Source of the DNA: a virus
Direction: 5' to 3' (one strand)
Length of the DNA: 64,000 nt
Virus record (IMG/VR): IMGVR_UViG_3300032053_000048
Span: 8,898 to 72,897 of that record
Part shown: piece after piece, positions 27,301 to 36,492 of the stretch
How the letters are laid out: every line of letters starts with the position of its first letter
Numbering within the stretch: the first letter of the stretch is position 1
The notes under the pieces: generated by a model
What the model was told of the DNA's origin: nothing
Database searches by the model: none
The model's input: the letters and a program-made list of their open reading frames with translations, nothing else
Translations under genes and position numbers: made by a program

Positions 27301-28647
27301 GCAGGTAGCGGAACCACCCCGGTAGATGATATCCTCGATTGGTCAACTGATAAATATACTCCCTGGTCTGATGCAAATAAAGCTGCAGGAAGATTATATA
27401 GCATTACAACTACATATCCTACTAATTCTACAAATCTTGCTTATGATGGTAATCTCTATGCAGTTTCATTTACTTCTGGGACAGCATCTACTAATTATAC
27501 TCAGATATTAGGTACATCAACTCAAATAGTTGTATCAAGTACTACAAGAACAAGCTTAATTCCAGGTGTAGCTGATTCGGGTTCTGGTATAGCCTATACA
27601 TTTGATACAGCTAATGTTCTTACTTCAGGTAGGAAGCTAATTTCAATAAAAAATCAGGGTAGTGAATTAGTGTATATTGATAATTTTGGTTCATACGTTG
27701 GGGCTGTTGTATATGCTACAAGTCAGTTAATCGCTGGTGCTGTGGGTGCCACTACTAACACTACAATACAGAATTCAAGTATAGTAATGAACATAAGTGG
27801 CACAACAAGATTTTCAGTACAACCTTCAGTTGCTGATGGGGGAACAGCTTATACTATCGATACCTCAACCTCATTAACAAGTGGAAAGATAGTTTCATTT
27901 TTAAGTGCAGGTTCAGAGAAATTATATATTGATTATCAGGGCTATATTTACACTCCTGCTGGTTCATTAAAACACATGAGTATATTTGCGGGTAATGCTT
28001 CAGGTGCTGCAGGAACAGATGCAGGGAATGTTGTCTTGAAAGCTGGTAATGCTATTGCATCAGATTCTAATTCCGTTAATGGTGCGATTTATTTAGTACC
28101 TGGTGACCCATATCAGGTATCTGGTACGTCAAGTTATATCTATCTTGGAAGCGATACTCACGCTACCCCTTTAATAGGTATGTATGTAAAAAGTAGTGAA
28201 AGTAACGCTTCATTATCACTATATGCAAAAGGGACAGGTTCTATAACAGTAGGAAGTGGTAATGGTGTAATATTTCTTCAAGGTACTGTTTATCTATATT
28301 CATCAACAACGATATCTGGTATAGGGGGTAATTCATCAATATCGGGTTATCCTAATGCTGCAGGTATTGGTTATGATTTAACAATAAAAGGTGGGACTGG
28401 TTATACTGGATACAATGGAGGCAACTTATACTTACAAGGTGGTACTCCTGGCGGTGGTGGTGCTTTAGGATTAATATATGCAAAAGGCAATCTCTATCCT
28501 GAAGATGATGATACTTATTATCTTGGAAAGAACAGTATATCTACGCCTAAGGCATGGAAAGCTCTTGTTCTTAAAGACACGACAAATGGTAACTATTACA
28601 GAATAACCGTAGTAAGCGGTACATTAACAACAACTCAAATAACTTAA
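24361..28647 (+). CDS. Large modular tail fibre / receptor-binding protein
   Basis: 1428 aa, G/T/S/Y-rich, with repeated modules (PVDDILDWST.KYTP x2, RLNYDG x3, (V/I)(D/N)H(I/L)(A/G)E x4, KL.S..NQG.E x3). Confidence 0.75.
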   Translation: MIPVYQNMDFSGLQAQNLVFHSSLNVSPPSAPVAGMPWWESDRLVLDIYDGSDFLPVPTGPVVSTPGNIPIWSNNKGNKLEDGYAVETTLVGSPDAIPTAEAVLDYVGANLFERNAGIISPVTVTDKLSFGTIYVDHLAEKTLNNGVIIDHSLTVAGSFKAAGYFYSGTSAPTNTNRLNYDGNLYATNIYSGGTLVSVVGHTHSYEPVLGNPAADGYILSSTAGGTRSWVPNPYVLPVDDILDWSTNKYTPYDAQSSGKLDNSTTAPTHSTARLNYDGQFFVYNLTATGPVQTNEGGAYTKLFGESAIGYLSTWNPTLRIQVHGDNIGVINHTNTGHLLYLDRIAYASNTNLTYDAIHINDNPTTSGTIGGAIFKATVGADVRISFEPRVPDSGSAVAYFIDTHEELATAGSKLLSVRNQGTEKMFLDYSGVLQVESDIYAGFLASEDYAVLQYTGLKVYVTDTERLNLDPSVGDSATAKAYFFDTANALSTSGSKLLSISNQGVEKFYITYEGEAYANGVHLGVGGGGGDVYKSGTPVDNQIAIWTDGTHIEGTSNLIYNDPSPTYYPTLWLGRSSPDGTNYALRTLSTSLQINGPTGGSVSVRNGSALVADFMSNGLYIEQIYVNHIGERTSNHGVVFDNTISISGTTKAAGFFYAGTTDPTNTNRLNYDGNLWVNALYVRNSSNYWLNENLRVGGLTFVSNLGTGYDTLYNYYDFSIFAQTNKVLRLGANGNPAAMTFAGDGTQVSLAIPLKVDHIGEYTANHGVVIDACAGGGGYFSLTVTNSAQANMWVGTLAVQTAFFTRSGGDVQIGAVQTGWKIKLGDGNASYTFTNTYAEFSASGLKIDHIGELTGTHGVIIGNYVQITGSCSVSTNFYSQVTTEYGVQYLMNAYSVGSTNYTGFRNEAADKWAIGTGTSATISTMLMAWDKAGVFYWTNYFEFNEITAPSAPAANKGRLYMDTSDEKLYWKTSSTTYDLTAGSGTTPVDDILDWSTDKYTPWSDANKAAGRLYSITTTYPTNSTNLAYDGNLYAVSFTSGTASTNYTQILGTSTQIVVSSTTRTSLIPGVADSGSGIAYTFDTANVLTSGRKLISIKNQGSELVYIDNFGSYVGAVVYATSQLIAGAVGATTNTTIQNSSIVMNISGTTRFSVQPSVADGGTAYTIDTSTSLTSGKIVSFLSAGSEKLYIDYQGYIYTPAGSLKHMSIFAGNASGAAGTDAGNVVLKAGNAIASDSNSVNGAIYLVPGDPYQVSGTSSYIYLGSDTHATPLIGMYVKSSESNASLSLYAKGTGSITVGSGNGVIFLQGTVYLYSSTTISGIGGNSSISGYPNAAGIGYDLTIKGGTGYTGYNGGNLYLQGGTPGGGGALGLIYAKGNLYPEDDDTYYLGKNSISTPKAWKALVLKDTTNGNYYRITVVSGTLTTTQIT

Positions 28648-28651
28648 AGCT

Positions 28652-28957
28652 ATGGCAATTACAGCATCAAAAACAATTCCTGAAGCAATCAAGACTCATT
28701 CAGTTGAGATGATTACTATTGACCCCAGGACACAAGTGATGGACCCTCAGGGTACTCCTACGAATCATTACTTTGCTCAGGTCGAGACAAGTGATACAGT
28801 GACAGGACAGCGTTTTCTCTTTCGCAGGGATATAACTACTGAATGGGGAAATGTATCGGCAGCAAATAAGAATGTCATTAAGGCATTCCTTAATAAAGTT
28901 GTAGAACTTTGCCTTGAGGTTGCGCCAGAAGATATCACAGGCGATATTTATTCTTAA
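28652..28957 (+). CDS. Hypothetical protein (possible fibre chaperone)
   Basis: 101-aa ORF directly after the fibre gene. Confidence 0.5.
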   Translation: MAITASKTIPEAIKTHSVEMITIDPRTQVMDPQGTPTNHYFAQVETSDTVTGQRFLFRRDITTEWGNVSAANKNVIKAFLNKVVELCLEVAPEDITGDIYS

Positions 28958-28972
28958 CCAATAATCTTAATT

Positions 28973-29569
28973 ATGATGAAAAAATCACTGTTTATTCTAA
29001 TCGTACTCTTATGTACAAGCTGCGGTTGTATGCTGTCACAGATACCACCTCAGAAAATCTATGCTACGGCAAGTTGTAATGCTGCCCTTCCTGATTACAG
29101 GTTAAAGATTACGGCTTCAGACAACTGCGAGATCGCCACTTTCACTCAGACCCCTGCGCCTGGGTATCTCTTAACATCAGCGAATAAGGTTGCAACTGTT
29201 GTTGTTAAGGCTACTGACGCCTCAGGTAACTTCAAACAGGTTTCTTTTACAGTAACCTTGCTTGATACTATCAAACCTGTTTTTACTATCGCTCCAGAAT
29301 TACTTGCCTATAGTCTTGAACAGATTGGTACTATCTATGACTATGCTGACAAGTTAATTTTTAATCAGGAGAGATTACTTTATTCTCAGACATGGATAGA
29401 CAGTATCCCTGGGTTAAGAGATAAACTCGCCAAGGATGAATACCTGAATAAGGCTATGCTTACATGGACTGGCAAAGGTCATGCGTTAACCGGATTTGGT
29501 CATAGGTATTTTACATTCTATAATGCTGAAGAAGGAGACACAATCATTTTACCAAAGTTTAATTATTAA
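28973..29569 (+). CDS. Putative lipoprotein with HYR/Ig-like domain
   Basis: Lipobox-like LLCTSC; ASDNC...TQTPAPG...ATDASGN...FTVTLLDTIKP is a HYR-type pattern. Confidence 0.65.
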   Translation: MMKKSLFILIVLLCTSCGCMLSQIPPQKIYATASCNAALPDYRLKITASDNCEIATFTQTPAPGYLLTSANKVATVVVKATDASGNFKQVSFTVTLLDTIKPVFTIAPELLAYSLEQIGTIYDYADKLIFNQERLLYSQTWIDSIPGLRDKLAKDEYLNKAMLTWTGKGHALTGFGHRYFTFYNAEEGDTIILPKFNY

Positions 29570-29587
29570 CCAAAAAGAAGAAAAGTT

Positions 29588-30169
29588 ATGACTTACAGAG
29601 AAGTTCTTATTATGAGAAAGAATCTTGACGAAGTTAATCCTATTGAGGGTGTTAACGTCAAGTTCCTTTATGCAGTTTCTAAAAACAAGGAGAAACTTGA
29701 TTCCATTATCAAGCATCTTGACGGACTCAAGAAACCTTCCGATGAGATTAATGAATTCTGGAAGAAACTCGATGAACTCAACACTAAGTATGCTGAGGTC
29801 GATGAAACCGGAACGGTTGTTTACAGTACTGCTATGGTCAATGGAGAACCCCGGAAAGCCTATAAGAAGGTAATTGGAGAGGGTAATCCTGATAGCAAGT
29901 ACACTAAGGAGGTTGAGAAGCTGAGAGAGAAACATAAGAAAGCGATTGATGCTTATGAGGAAGCTATCAGGCGTTACAATACGATGCTTGATAACGAACT
30001 GGAGGAGGATGGTTGCGATAAGGGTACATATCGCAAGCACATGATCGATCTTGATATTGTACCGGCAGGACTGCACCCTAAGGCTATGGATGGTTGCCTG
30101 CCCTTTATTAAGGATGAAGAACTGGCTGAAACAAAGCCACCCGATGATAAAACTAAAAAACAAAAATAG
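29588..30169 (+). CDS. Hypothetical coiled-coil protein
   Basis: 193-aa charged helical ORF. Confidence 0.6.
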   Translation: MTYREVLIMRKNLDEVNPIEGVNVKFLYAVSKNKEKLDSIIKHLDGLKKPSDEINEFWKKLDELNTKYAEVDETGTVVYSTAMVNGEPRKAYKKVIGEGNPDSKYTKEVEKLREKHKKAIDAYEEAIRRYNTMLDNELEEDGCDKGTYRKHMIDLDIVPAGLHPKAMDGCLPFIKDEELAETKPPDDKTKKQK

Positions 30170-30181
30170 GAGGTAATTAAC

Positions 30182-30919
30182 ATGGCATTATTCGTTCCAC
30201 CAATCGTAAAAGCATCCGGCATAAGTGTAGCTACTTATGACTTTGTTGATGCTCTGATAGCCAAAACCCTGACAAAGAAGATCAGCAGCAACCTGGCTAC
30301 AATCAAATGTGACCGTACTCACAAGAAATATGTGGGCGATCATGTTTATATCAATGGTCTGTCAACCCATTTAGAATACAATGGTTATTTTGTGATCTCG
30401 GCTGTATCGGCTGATGGTCTGAGCTTTTCTTATGCTCTCACCCATGCTGACGATACCGAGAATTCTGATCTCGGAGGGGATATACATGATCCAATGCTCC
30501 GTAAACCTAATGGGTTCTACTTACGAGTAGGTGGTAACGGTAACATCAGGTATGCTCTTATCGGCAACGAGAAAGCTCAGATAGTTCGCCGTAAGGTCGA
30601 TACTAACGTGGCTACCATTACAACCAGAGTTCCTCACTCATTTAAGGTTGGCAATACAATCCTTATTCAGGGCCTTGGAGGTACGGGTTATAATAACGTT
30701 GGATTTACTATTACAGCGATTCCTACACCAAAGACTCTGACTTTTGCACTTACTCATGGGGACGAAGACGTAACTGACTCCGGGGGAATTGTTGAGGACA
30801 CAATAGTTAAGGCATTCACAGCCGGCACTACCTTTACAGACCCGGAACTGGTCGGTAAAGTATTCAAGACAGACACGACAGCAACCAGTTTAGTTGTAGG
30901 TTATTCACCATACAGGTAA
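30182..30919 (+). CDS. Structural protein with two FCCH-like beta repeats
   Basis: Two ~65-aa repeats (N.AT...H...G...YN...I.A...ALTH.D...D.GG). Confidence 0.6.
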   Translation: MALFVPPIVKASGISVATYDFVDALIAKTLTKKISSNLATIKCDRTHKKYVGDHVYINGLSTHLEYNGYFVISAVSADGLSFSYALTHADDTENSDLGGDIHDPMLRKPNGFYLRVGGNGNIRYALIGNEKAQIVRRKVDTNVATITTRVPHSFKVGNTILIQGLGGTGYNNVGFTITAIPTPKTLTFALTHGDEDVTDSGGIVEDTIVKAFTAGTTFTDPELVGKVFKTDTTATSLVVGYSPYR

Positions 30920-31089
30920 TGGAACTGATCAATAGTTGGCGCAGTACTGTAAAACAGGCAGGCAAAATCAATGTGAAAGTAAGATTTGGTAAGATTACAT
31001 TTTTTGACATTTACATAGATCGCCAAAAGCACAGATACGGAATAACTATCTTTAACTTAGGATTGAAAAACAATACTGTTAGAAAATGA
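30919..31089 (+). CDS. Small hypothetical protein, 56 aa (MELINSWRSTVKQAGK...)
   Basis: ATG overlaps the upstream TAA (TAATG) and the ORF fills the gap; below the ORF-track cutoff. Confidence 0.55.
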   Translation: MELINSWRSTVKQAGKINVKVRFGKITFFDIYIDRQKHRYGITIFNLGLKNNTVRK

Positions 31090-31147
31090 AGATATCAGGT
31101 ATCTATAAAATACACTCTCTATGTAAGCCTAAATAAAAATAACTCAA

Positions 31148-31741
31148 ATGGGAAAGCTTAAATACTATGTTATTCACTGTGCTGAGACCTATCCTGAGAC
31201 GATAGTAACCAAGGAGGTGCTGGATGAATGGCACAAGGGCCCCCGTAATAATCCTGATGGAACAGTGACTTATCTTGGCAAGGTCTATCCAAACAGATTC
31301 CAGCTTCCGAGAGATATCCTGAACGGAAAGCCTATCTTGAATATTCAGGGCCGGGGATGGGACCGTTATGGCTATAGTGATATTTTCCACAGGGAGGGTT
31401 TTGTTGAGAACATTACTCCCTATGACGAAGATGAGATCATAACAAATACCGAAATGACCTGGGGCCAGACTGGTATTAACAGCGAGTCCAGGCACGTAGT
31501 TCTGGAGGGAGGCCTGTTACATAATAAGAAGGTTCCTTTCAATGGCGCTGAGGTACTTTTATATAGCTCTATGCAGCTTGACGCACTTACAAGGGATATA
31601 ATGATTGTCACTACTCATCATCCCGGGATTCTGATTGCAGGGCATTACCAGTTCAATAAAGACAAAACTTGTCCGAATTTCAACGTTCCAATGTTTCTGA
31701 AGAATATTAACCGGGCGCAATTCGCCTATAAACCAAAATGA
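31148..31741 (+). CDS. Endolysin, N-acetylmuramoyl-L-alanine amidase (T7 lysozyme-like)
   Basis: IHCAET, GWDRYGY, GH and KTCPNF zinc-amidase motifs. Confidence 0.85.
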   Translation: MGKLKYYVIHCAETYPETIVTKEVLDEWHKGPRNNPDGTVTYLGKVYPNRFQLPRDILNGKPILNIQGRGWDRYGYSDIFHREGFVENITPYDEDEIITNTEMTWGQTGINSESRHVVLEGGLLHNKKVPFNGAEVLLYSSMQLDALTRDIMIVTTHHPGILIAGHYQFNKDKTCPNFNVPMFLKNINRAQFAYKPK

Positions 31742-31742
31742 T

Positions 31743-31973
31743 ATGAGATCAAAACTATTTAAACTCAATGCCAAGGACTTTATTAAAGGTCTGATTGTAG
31801 CAGTTCTTACTGCAGTAATCACGTTTGCTTATGAAGCCATACAGACCGGAGAACTTTTCAGTATGGTAACTCTCAAGAAGATGGGGATGGTAGCTCTTGG
31901 AGCTTTACTTGCCTATCTGATTAAGAACTTACTGACGAATTCTCAGGACCAACCTTTGACTCCAGAGGGATGA
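31743..31973 (+). CDS. Holin (two transmembrane helices)
   Basis: Two hydrophobic helices; located between endolysin and spanin. Confidence 0.7.
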   Translation: MRSKLFKLNAKDFIKGLIVAVLTAVITFAYEAIQTGELFSMVTLKKMGMVALGALLAYLIKNLLTNSQDQPLTPEG

Positions 31974-32485
31974 GATTACTAATTGTCATATTAACCGCAC
32001 TTCTTTTGGGTTCATGTGTGACCCAAAAGAGGTGCTATACCAAATTTCCTCCAAAGACAGTTACTGTTATTAAGGATAGTTTGGTAATTAAGGATACTAT
32101 TATCTATCGTGATAGACTGGTTCCTTATAAGATCAAGGGAGATACAGTCTGGCAGGAGAAAACCATACAGGTTCCGGCCAGCCTGAATGTTTCACCTATT
32201 GTTCTTGAGAATACTTACGCTATTGCCCGGGCATGGATAGAGAATTCCAAGTTAAAGATGGAGTTGGAACAAAAGGACCAGGTTATTAACTTCAAGCTTG
32301 ATAGCGCAGACAAGGTAACGAAATATTGGGAATATAAATGGACCAACGAGAAGCAGACTATCACCCTGCCACCAGTCAGATATACTTCTAAGTTCGCCAA
32401 GTTCTGTATAGGTTTTACCCTTCTTATTGTAATTGTTATTATTGGTTGGTCTGCACTTAAAATTTACAAAACCTTTAAACCATGA
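31970..32485 (+). CDS. Unimolecular spanin (lipoprotein with C-terminal TM helix)
   Basis: Lipobox LLGSC, beta-rich middle and C-terminal TM FCIGFTLLIVIVIIGW; same architecture as T1 gp11. Confidence 0.7.
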   Translation: MRLLIVILTALLLGSCVTQKRCYTKFPPKTVTVIKDSLVIKDTIIYRDRLVPYKIKGDTVWQEKTIQVPASLNVSPIVLENTYAIARAWIENSKLKMELEQKDQVINFKLDSADKVTKYWEYKWTNEKQTITLPPVRYTSKFAKFCIGFTLLIVIVIIGWSALKIYKTFKP

Positions 32486-33324
32486 ACTATATACTCAATA
32501 CCGATGAGCTTCTGTATATCTCGATGGATGATATTATATCAAGTCCGATCACTCCCGGAACAGAAGATCAATATTTCCTGTTGTTTGTCTATCCTATAGA
32601 GGCCCTGTTCACGAAGATTCAGAGAAGATCAGCCCTTCGGGGAAAACTCGTAAAGGACAATGAGGGTAGGGCTCAGACAGATAATTTCCAGCTGACCGAG
32701 GACGAAAGAGACGCTTTCCTGGACTTTCTCAGGTCGGGAGCATCGGAGATATTCAAGCAGGTATCAGGATATTCTAAGACCATTAATTCGGCCTTTCGTT
32801 TTGATGTATATTTCGGAGTGCCGGAATTCTCAAGTTATATATTATCTACAGACCCTACAGGATTGATAATTACGGACGGTGGTTTAACAGACCCTATGAC
32901 CGTCAATCAGTATGCGGGATATAAGTTAATCATAATCAGCCCGGGGTTATTAGAGAACCAGGAGAGAACCATAGTCTCAAATACAGAAGATAGTTTTACG
33001 ATCAATGAAAGCTTTGGAGAGGAAGTTGAGTATCTTGAATATATCGTCTCGGCTCAGACAGAGAAGCACATAATGATCTATTCCCTGTTTGATGGTAATA
33101 ACTTTGATACTAATATGCTGGCAGGAATTGATTCACTGTTTGAGAAGTGTTTTATCGGCTCGGTACTAAAGGAGTGGTACTTGATTAACCGGTTCATGGA
33201 CGACTACAAGGTTGAGGAGACCTTACTGAAAGACGCTATTTCAGATTTACGGATGCACTACTTCCAGGCACTTGACGGATACAGAGCATCACAGTTTATG
33301 GCAGACGTTGATTCAGAAGTATAA
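32482..33324 (+). CDS. Hypothetical structural protein (adaptor-like, with beta insert)
   Basis: 280-aa ORF; ATGA overlap with the spanin stop. Confidence 0.55.
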   Translation: MNYILNTDELLYISMDDIISSPITPGTEDQYFLLFVYPIEALFTKIQRRSALRGKLVKDNEGRAQTDNFQLTEDERDAFLDFLRSGASEIFKQVSGYSKTINSAFRFDVYFGVPEFSSYILSTDPTGLIITDGGLTDPMTVNQYAGYKLIIISPGLLENQERTIVSNTEDSFTINESFGEEVEYLEYIVSAQTEKHIMIYSLFDGNNFDTNMLAGIDSLFEKCFIGSVLKEWYLINRFMDDYKVEETLLKDAISDLRMHYFQALDGYRASQFMADVDSEV

Positions 33325-33325
33325 T

Positions 33326-33829
33326 ATGGCAATAGGTGGTAAAATAGGAGTTCCAGATGTTCAGCCTTATCCCAGGTATATATTCTCATTGAATAACGTC
33401 TGGAGTAAAAGAACTGACTTACTCTTGTTCTTAGGAGAGACACAGAATATAAGAGACGGAAAGCTCTATAATCAAATGGTTGGTTCTTCTGATTACCTGA
33501 TTGCCACAGGTAATAATTTTCAATGCCCGGATAACCAGTCATACAGAGATGCTGACAACGATAATATCTGGTTCCTATTGAGTTCACTGATAAGAAGTCC
33601 TACTGAGTCTGAGTTAATAGGCTACGATTTTGAGCGTACTATCATTTACTATGAGGATAACGACCCGTTTACGTTAAGAATTATAGCGATCTTAAAACCA
33701 ATAGTTTTGATTCCAGATACAATGCGCAAGGATTTCCGTTTATCGTTGTGGTGGGACGATACTTTCAGTGATTATGGATATACCAAAGCAAATAGAGGTG
33801 CTGGTAAGAACATTTGGACACCATTATAA
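33326..33829 (+). CDS. Hypothetical protein
   Basis: ATG 33326 (MAIGGK) lies right after the upstream stop. Confidence 0.55.
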   Translation: MAIGGKIGVPDVQPYPRYIFSLNNVWSKRTDLLLFLGETQNIRDGKLYNQMVGSSDYLIATGNNFQCPDNQSYRDADNDNIWFLLSSLIRSPTESELIGYDFERTIIYYEDNDPFTLRIIAILKPIVLIPDTMRKDFRLSLWWDDTFSDYGYTKANRGAGKNIWTPL

Positions 33830-33840
33830 AAATCAGTCGA

Positions 33841-36081
33841 ATGAAAAAATACTTTATCATCTTGTTTTTGGTCTGTGCGTTTTCGGTTAATGCTCAGAAC
33901 ACTCATATAACATCGGGTATGTCAGCAAATACCTTCATGACTACTGTTAATACAAATCTATCGAAATATGAGGAATATTTTGGATTTCCCTTTGTAAGTA
34001 CATTGACTCTCAGGGACCCAAATTATATTTCAAAACTTAACTACAATATGGATACCCTGAGTTCTCTTTGTAGTGTTTTATACACTCCAATCACTATTGG
34101 AATGAGTGGTAGTTCTGTAAGAACAATAGTAAATAATGCTTTCGATAGTTATGTTGCTTCCAGTTTTTATCAGGCAAATGTTGCAAGATGGGATAATGAC
34201 GCAAAGAACTTTCTATCAGTTACTGGAGTTCAGACTAATGATTTCATAACCAGAGAATGTGTTAATGATCATGTCAAGATGCTTAAAGATAGTTCTCTAT
34301 GGACCAAGTTCTTAGTACTATATCCCTTAATTAAAGATAACGCAACACAACAGAAGTGGAATCTCAAAGACCCTCAGAATACCGATGCAGCTCATAGGTT
34401 AACTTATCCTTATCCTGGACTCACAACCTATTCTGATAAGGGTTTCGCAATGACTGGTGGTGCTTGGGCTGATACAAAATTCACATCTGCAGATCATCTT
34501 AACAAGAATTCAAAGACGATTTTCTCTTACATACAGCCAACGTCAGTTTATACAAGCATGGTCATAGGAAGTGGGAACTATGAAAAGGTAACTCCAACTG
34601 CCGGTAATCTTACAACTCAATTTAATCTTTCGACATTACAATGGTATGCTCCAACATATTATTTTGATATGAAAGGCTTTTGGTGTGCAACCAGAGCTGA
34701 TAAGGATACTGCAAAATTATTTCATAATACTAATCTGCTTTATAAAATCTACTATCCTGATACAGCAAGATACAATCCGTCTGACCCTATGCTTCTCGCA
34801 GCAAATGTTGTTACAACATCTTATGCTGGTATTGGTACAGGACTAACAACTCCCGAGACCAAGAAATTTTATAATGTTATCGAATATTTTGAGTCATGTA
34901 TATTAAGAAGTGTTAATCAGAATTTCCCCCCCTCAGATAGTGCAAGTTATAAGGCAATCTTAACAGTTAATCCAGCACCAGGCGAGACCTATAGTTTCAG
35001 TATGGCAGGAAAATCAACCTATGGTAAATCAGTCAGGGTTTATTTTGGCGATGGGAATATGGTTATTCTCCCGAGAGACAACCAATTGCATTATGTAATA
35101 AATACATATCAAAAATCAGCAACTTACACTATAACCGTTATGTATCCACTTGGTTTAGATCAATTGGCATGGAATGAAGGGGGGATTACAATGACCACTG
35201 ATTTCGTAAATAAGATAACTGATCTAAGGGTGCTTAACACTGCTTGGGATGGTTTAAAAGGTTCGGCTGACTTAACTAATCTTACAAAACTTGAATGGGC
35301 TTATGTGGGTTCAGCTCATACAGGTTCTATCACCAACTGGACAAGTTTAAAGACACTTATCACTTATAACAACTGTACCCTCAGTGGAGATATAACAAAT
35401 CTAACAACTATCACAAATCTGTATATTGATGGTAAGAATACAATAACAGGTAGCACCAATCTTTTAACAAAGTTACGTCAGCTTGAGGGAATGAATGGTT
35501 ATTCTACTGTATCAGGAAGTATAGTTTCTGATTCTATTCGGATAGTTTGTCTGGCTGAGTTAAATAATTTAAATTGGGATATATCTAACAAGTATAAACT
35601 TGGTTATTTATCAGTTGGAGGGACTGGAAGTGCAACCTTACATGGAAGTGTAACTAATGATACAATGCTTTTTTATATTGGAGTTGGTGGAACAGGTTCA
35701 TCTGTAACAGGGAGTCTTGCAAATTTAAAAAATCTTGCTCTGTGTTATCAATCTAATTATGATAAGCCTACGAGATTCATAAACAATCCACAACTCTGTT
35801 ATTTTGAGGGTAATCCTTCATATACATGGACCTCAGCTGAGATTAATCAGTTACTTGCCGATCTTTGGGCGAATAGAGATGTATTTAGAAGACCTGTAGA
35901 TGCATATGGTAATTATTGGCCCAATATAGGTGGAATTGGAGGAATAAGATATATTAATTTACTTGGTTCACAAAGTACTGGTGCGCCTACAGGTCAGGGT
36001 CTAATTGACTTACAGAATCTAAGGAACTATATAACTCCACCAAATTATTATAATACTACCTGGACCATACTTACAAGGTAA
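33841..36081 (+). CDS. Sec-signal-peptide protein with C-terminal LRR-like solenoid
   Basis: MKKYFIILFLVCAFSVNA/QN leader; repeated (I/L).G.(I/L)TNL..L units from ~35200. Confidence 0.6.
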   Translation: MKKYFIILFLVCAFSVNAQNTHITSGMSANTFMTTVNTNLSKYEEYFGFPFVSTLTLRDPNYISKLNYNMDTLSSLCSVLYTPITIGMSGSSVRTIVNNAFDSYVASSFYQANVARWDNDAKNFLSVTGVQTNDFITRECVNDHVKMLKDSSLWTKFLVLYPLIKDNATQQKWNLKDPQNTDAAHRLTYPYPGLTTYSDKGFAMTGGAWADTKFTSADHLNKNSKTIFSYIQPTSVYTSMVIGSGNYEKVTPTAGNLTTQFNLSTLQWYAPTYYFDMKGFWCATRADKDTAKLFHNTNLLYKIYYPDTARYNPSDPMLLAANVVTTSYAGIGTGLTTPETKKFYNVIEYFESCILRSVNQNFPPSDSASYKAILTVNPAPGETYSFSMAGKSTYGKSVRVYFGDGNMVILPRDNQLHYVINTYQKSATYTITVMYPLGLDQLAWNEGGITMTTDFVNKITDLRVLNTAWDGLKGSADLTNLTKLEWAYVGSAHTGSITNWTSLKTLITYNNCTLSGDITNLTTITNLYIDGKNTITGSTNLLTKLRQLEGMNGYSTVSGSIVSDSIRIVCLAELNNLNWDISNKYKLGYLSVGGTGSATLHGSVTNDTMLFYIGVGGTGSSVTGSLANLKNLALCYQSNYDKPTRFINNPQLCYFEGNPSYTWTSAEINQLLADLWANRDVFRRPVDAYGNYWPNIGGIGGIRYINLLGSQSTGAPTGQGLIDLQNLRNYITPPNYYNTTWTILTR

Positions 36082-36098
36082 TTAATATAAATCCTGCT

Positions 36099-36473
36099 AT
36101 GACAAAAATAATCAAAACATATCCTCAGAATTACAAAGGAGTCAACGGCAAGCAGGTTGAGCTTGGGCTCTCCGCTACTCATTTGCAGTGGAGATATCGG
36201 GAGCAGTCTGAGAATATATCAAACATAGATTATTCCTGGCATAATCTCGTACTACTTGATGATATCAAGGGAGCTGACGGGGAGATGCCTCCTCCAGAAG
36301 ATACATTAATATACAGGACAGGCGGGAAGATCACGCAGATAGTGAAAGAAACGAAGACAATAAACCTCACATATACGGATGGAGTGATCACAAGGGTAGA
36401 GGATGGCACATACAGGAAAGATATTATCAGAGTTGGTGGTTTAATAACAGAAATACAGGTATCAACAATATAA
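36099..36473 (+). CDS. Hypothetical tail-associated protein
   Basis: HLQWRY...W.NLV.L.DIKGADG motif seen in collagen-flanking fibre segments. Confidence 0.55.
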   Translation: MTKIIKTYPQNYKGVNGKQVELGLSATHLQWRYREQSENISNIDYSWHNLVLLDDIKGADGEMPPPEDTLIYRTGGKITQIVKETKTINLTYTDGVITRVEDGTYRKDIIRVGGLITEIQVSTI

Positions 36474-36492
36474 ACTTTAAAATCGAGATATT

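Noticed and set aside
29549-30163. 204-aa minus-strand ORF and similar antisense ORFs in the track
   Set aside because: These are shadows of well-formed genes on the other strand, with no motifs or expression signals.
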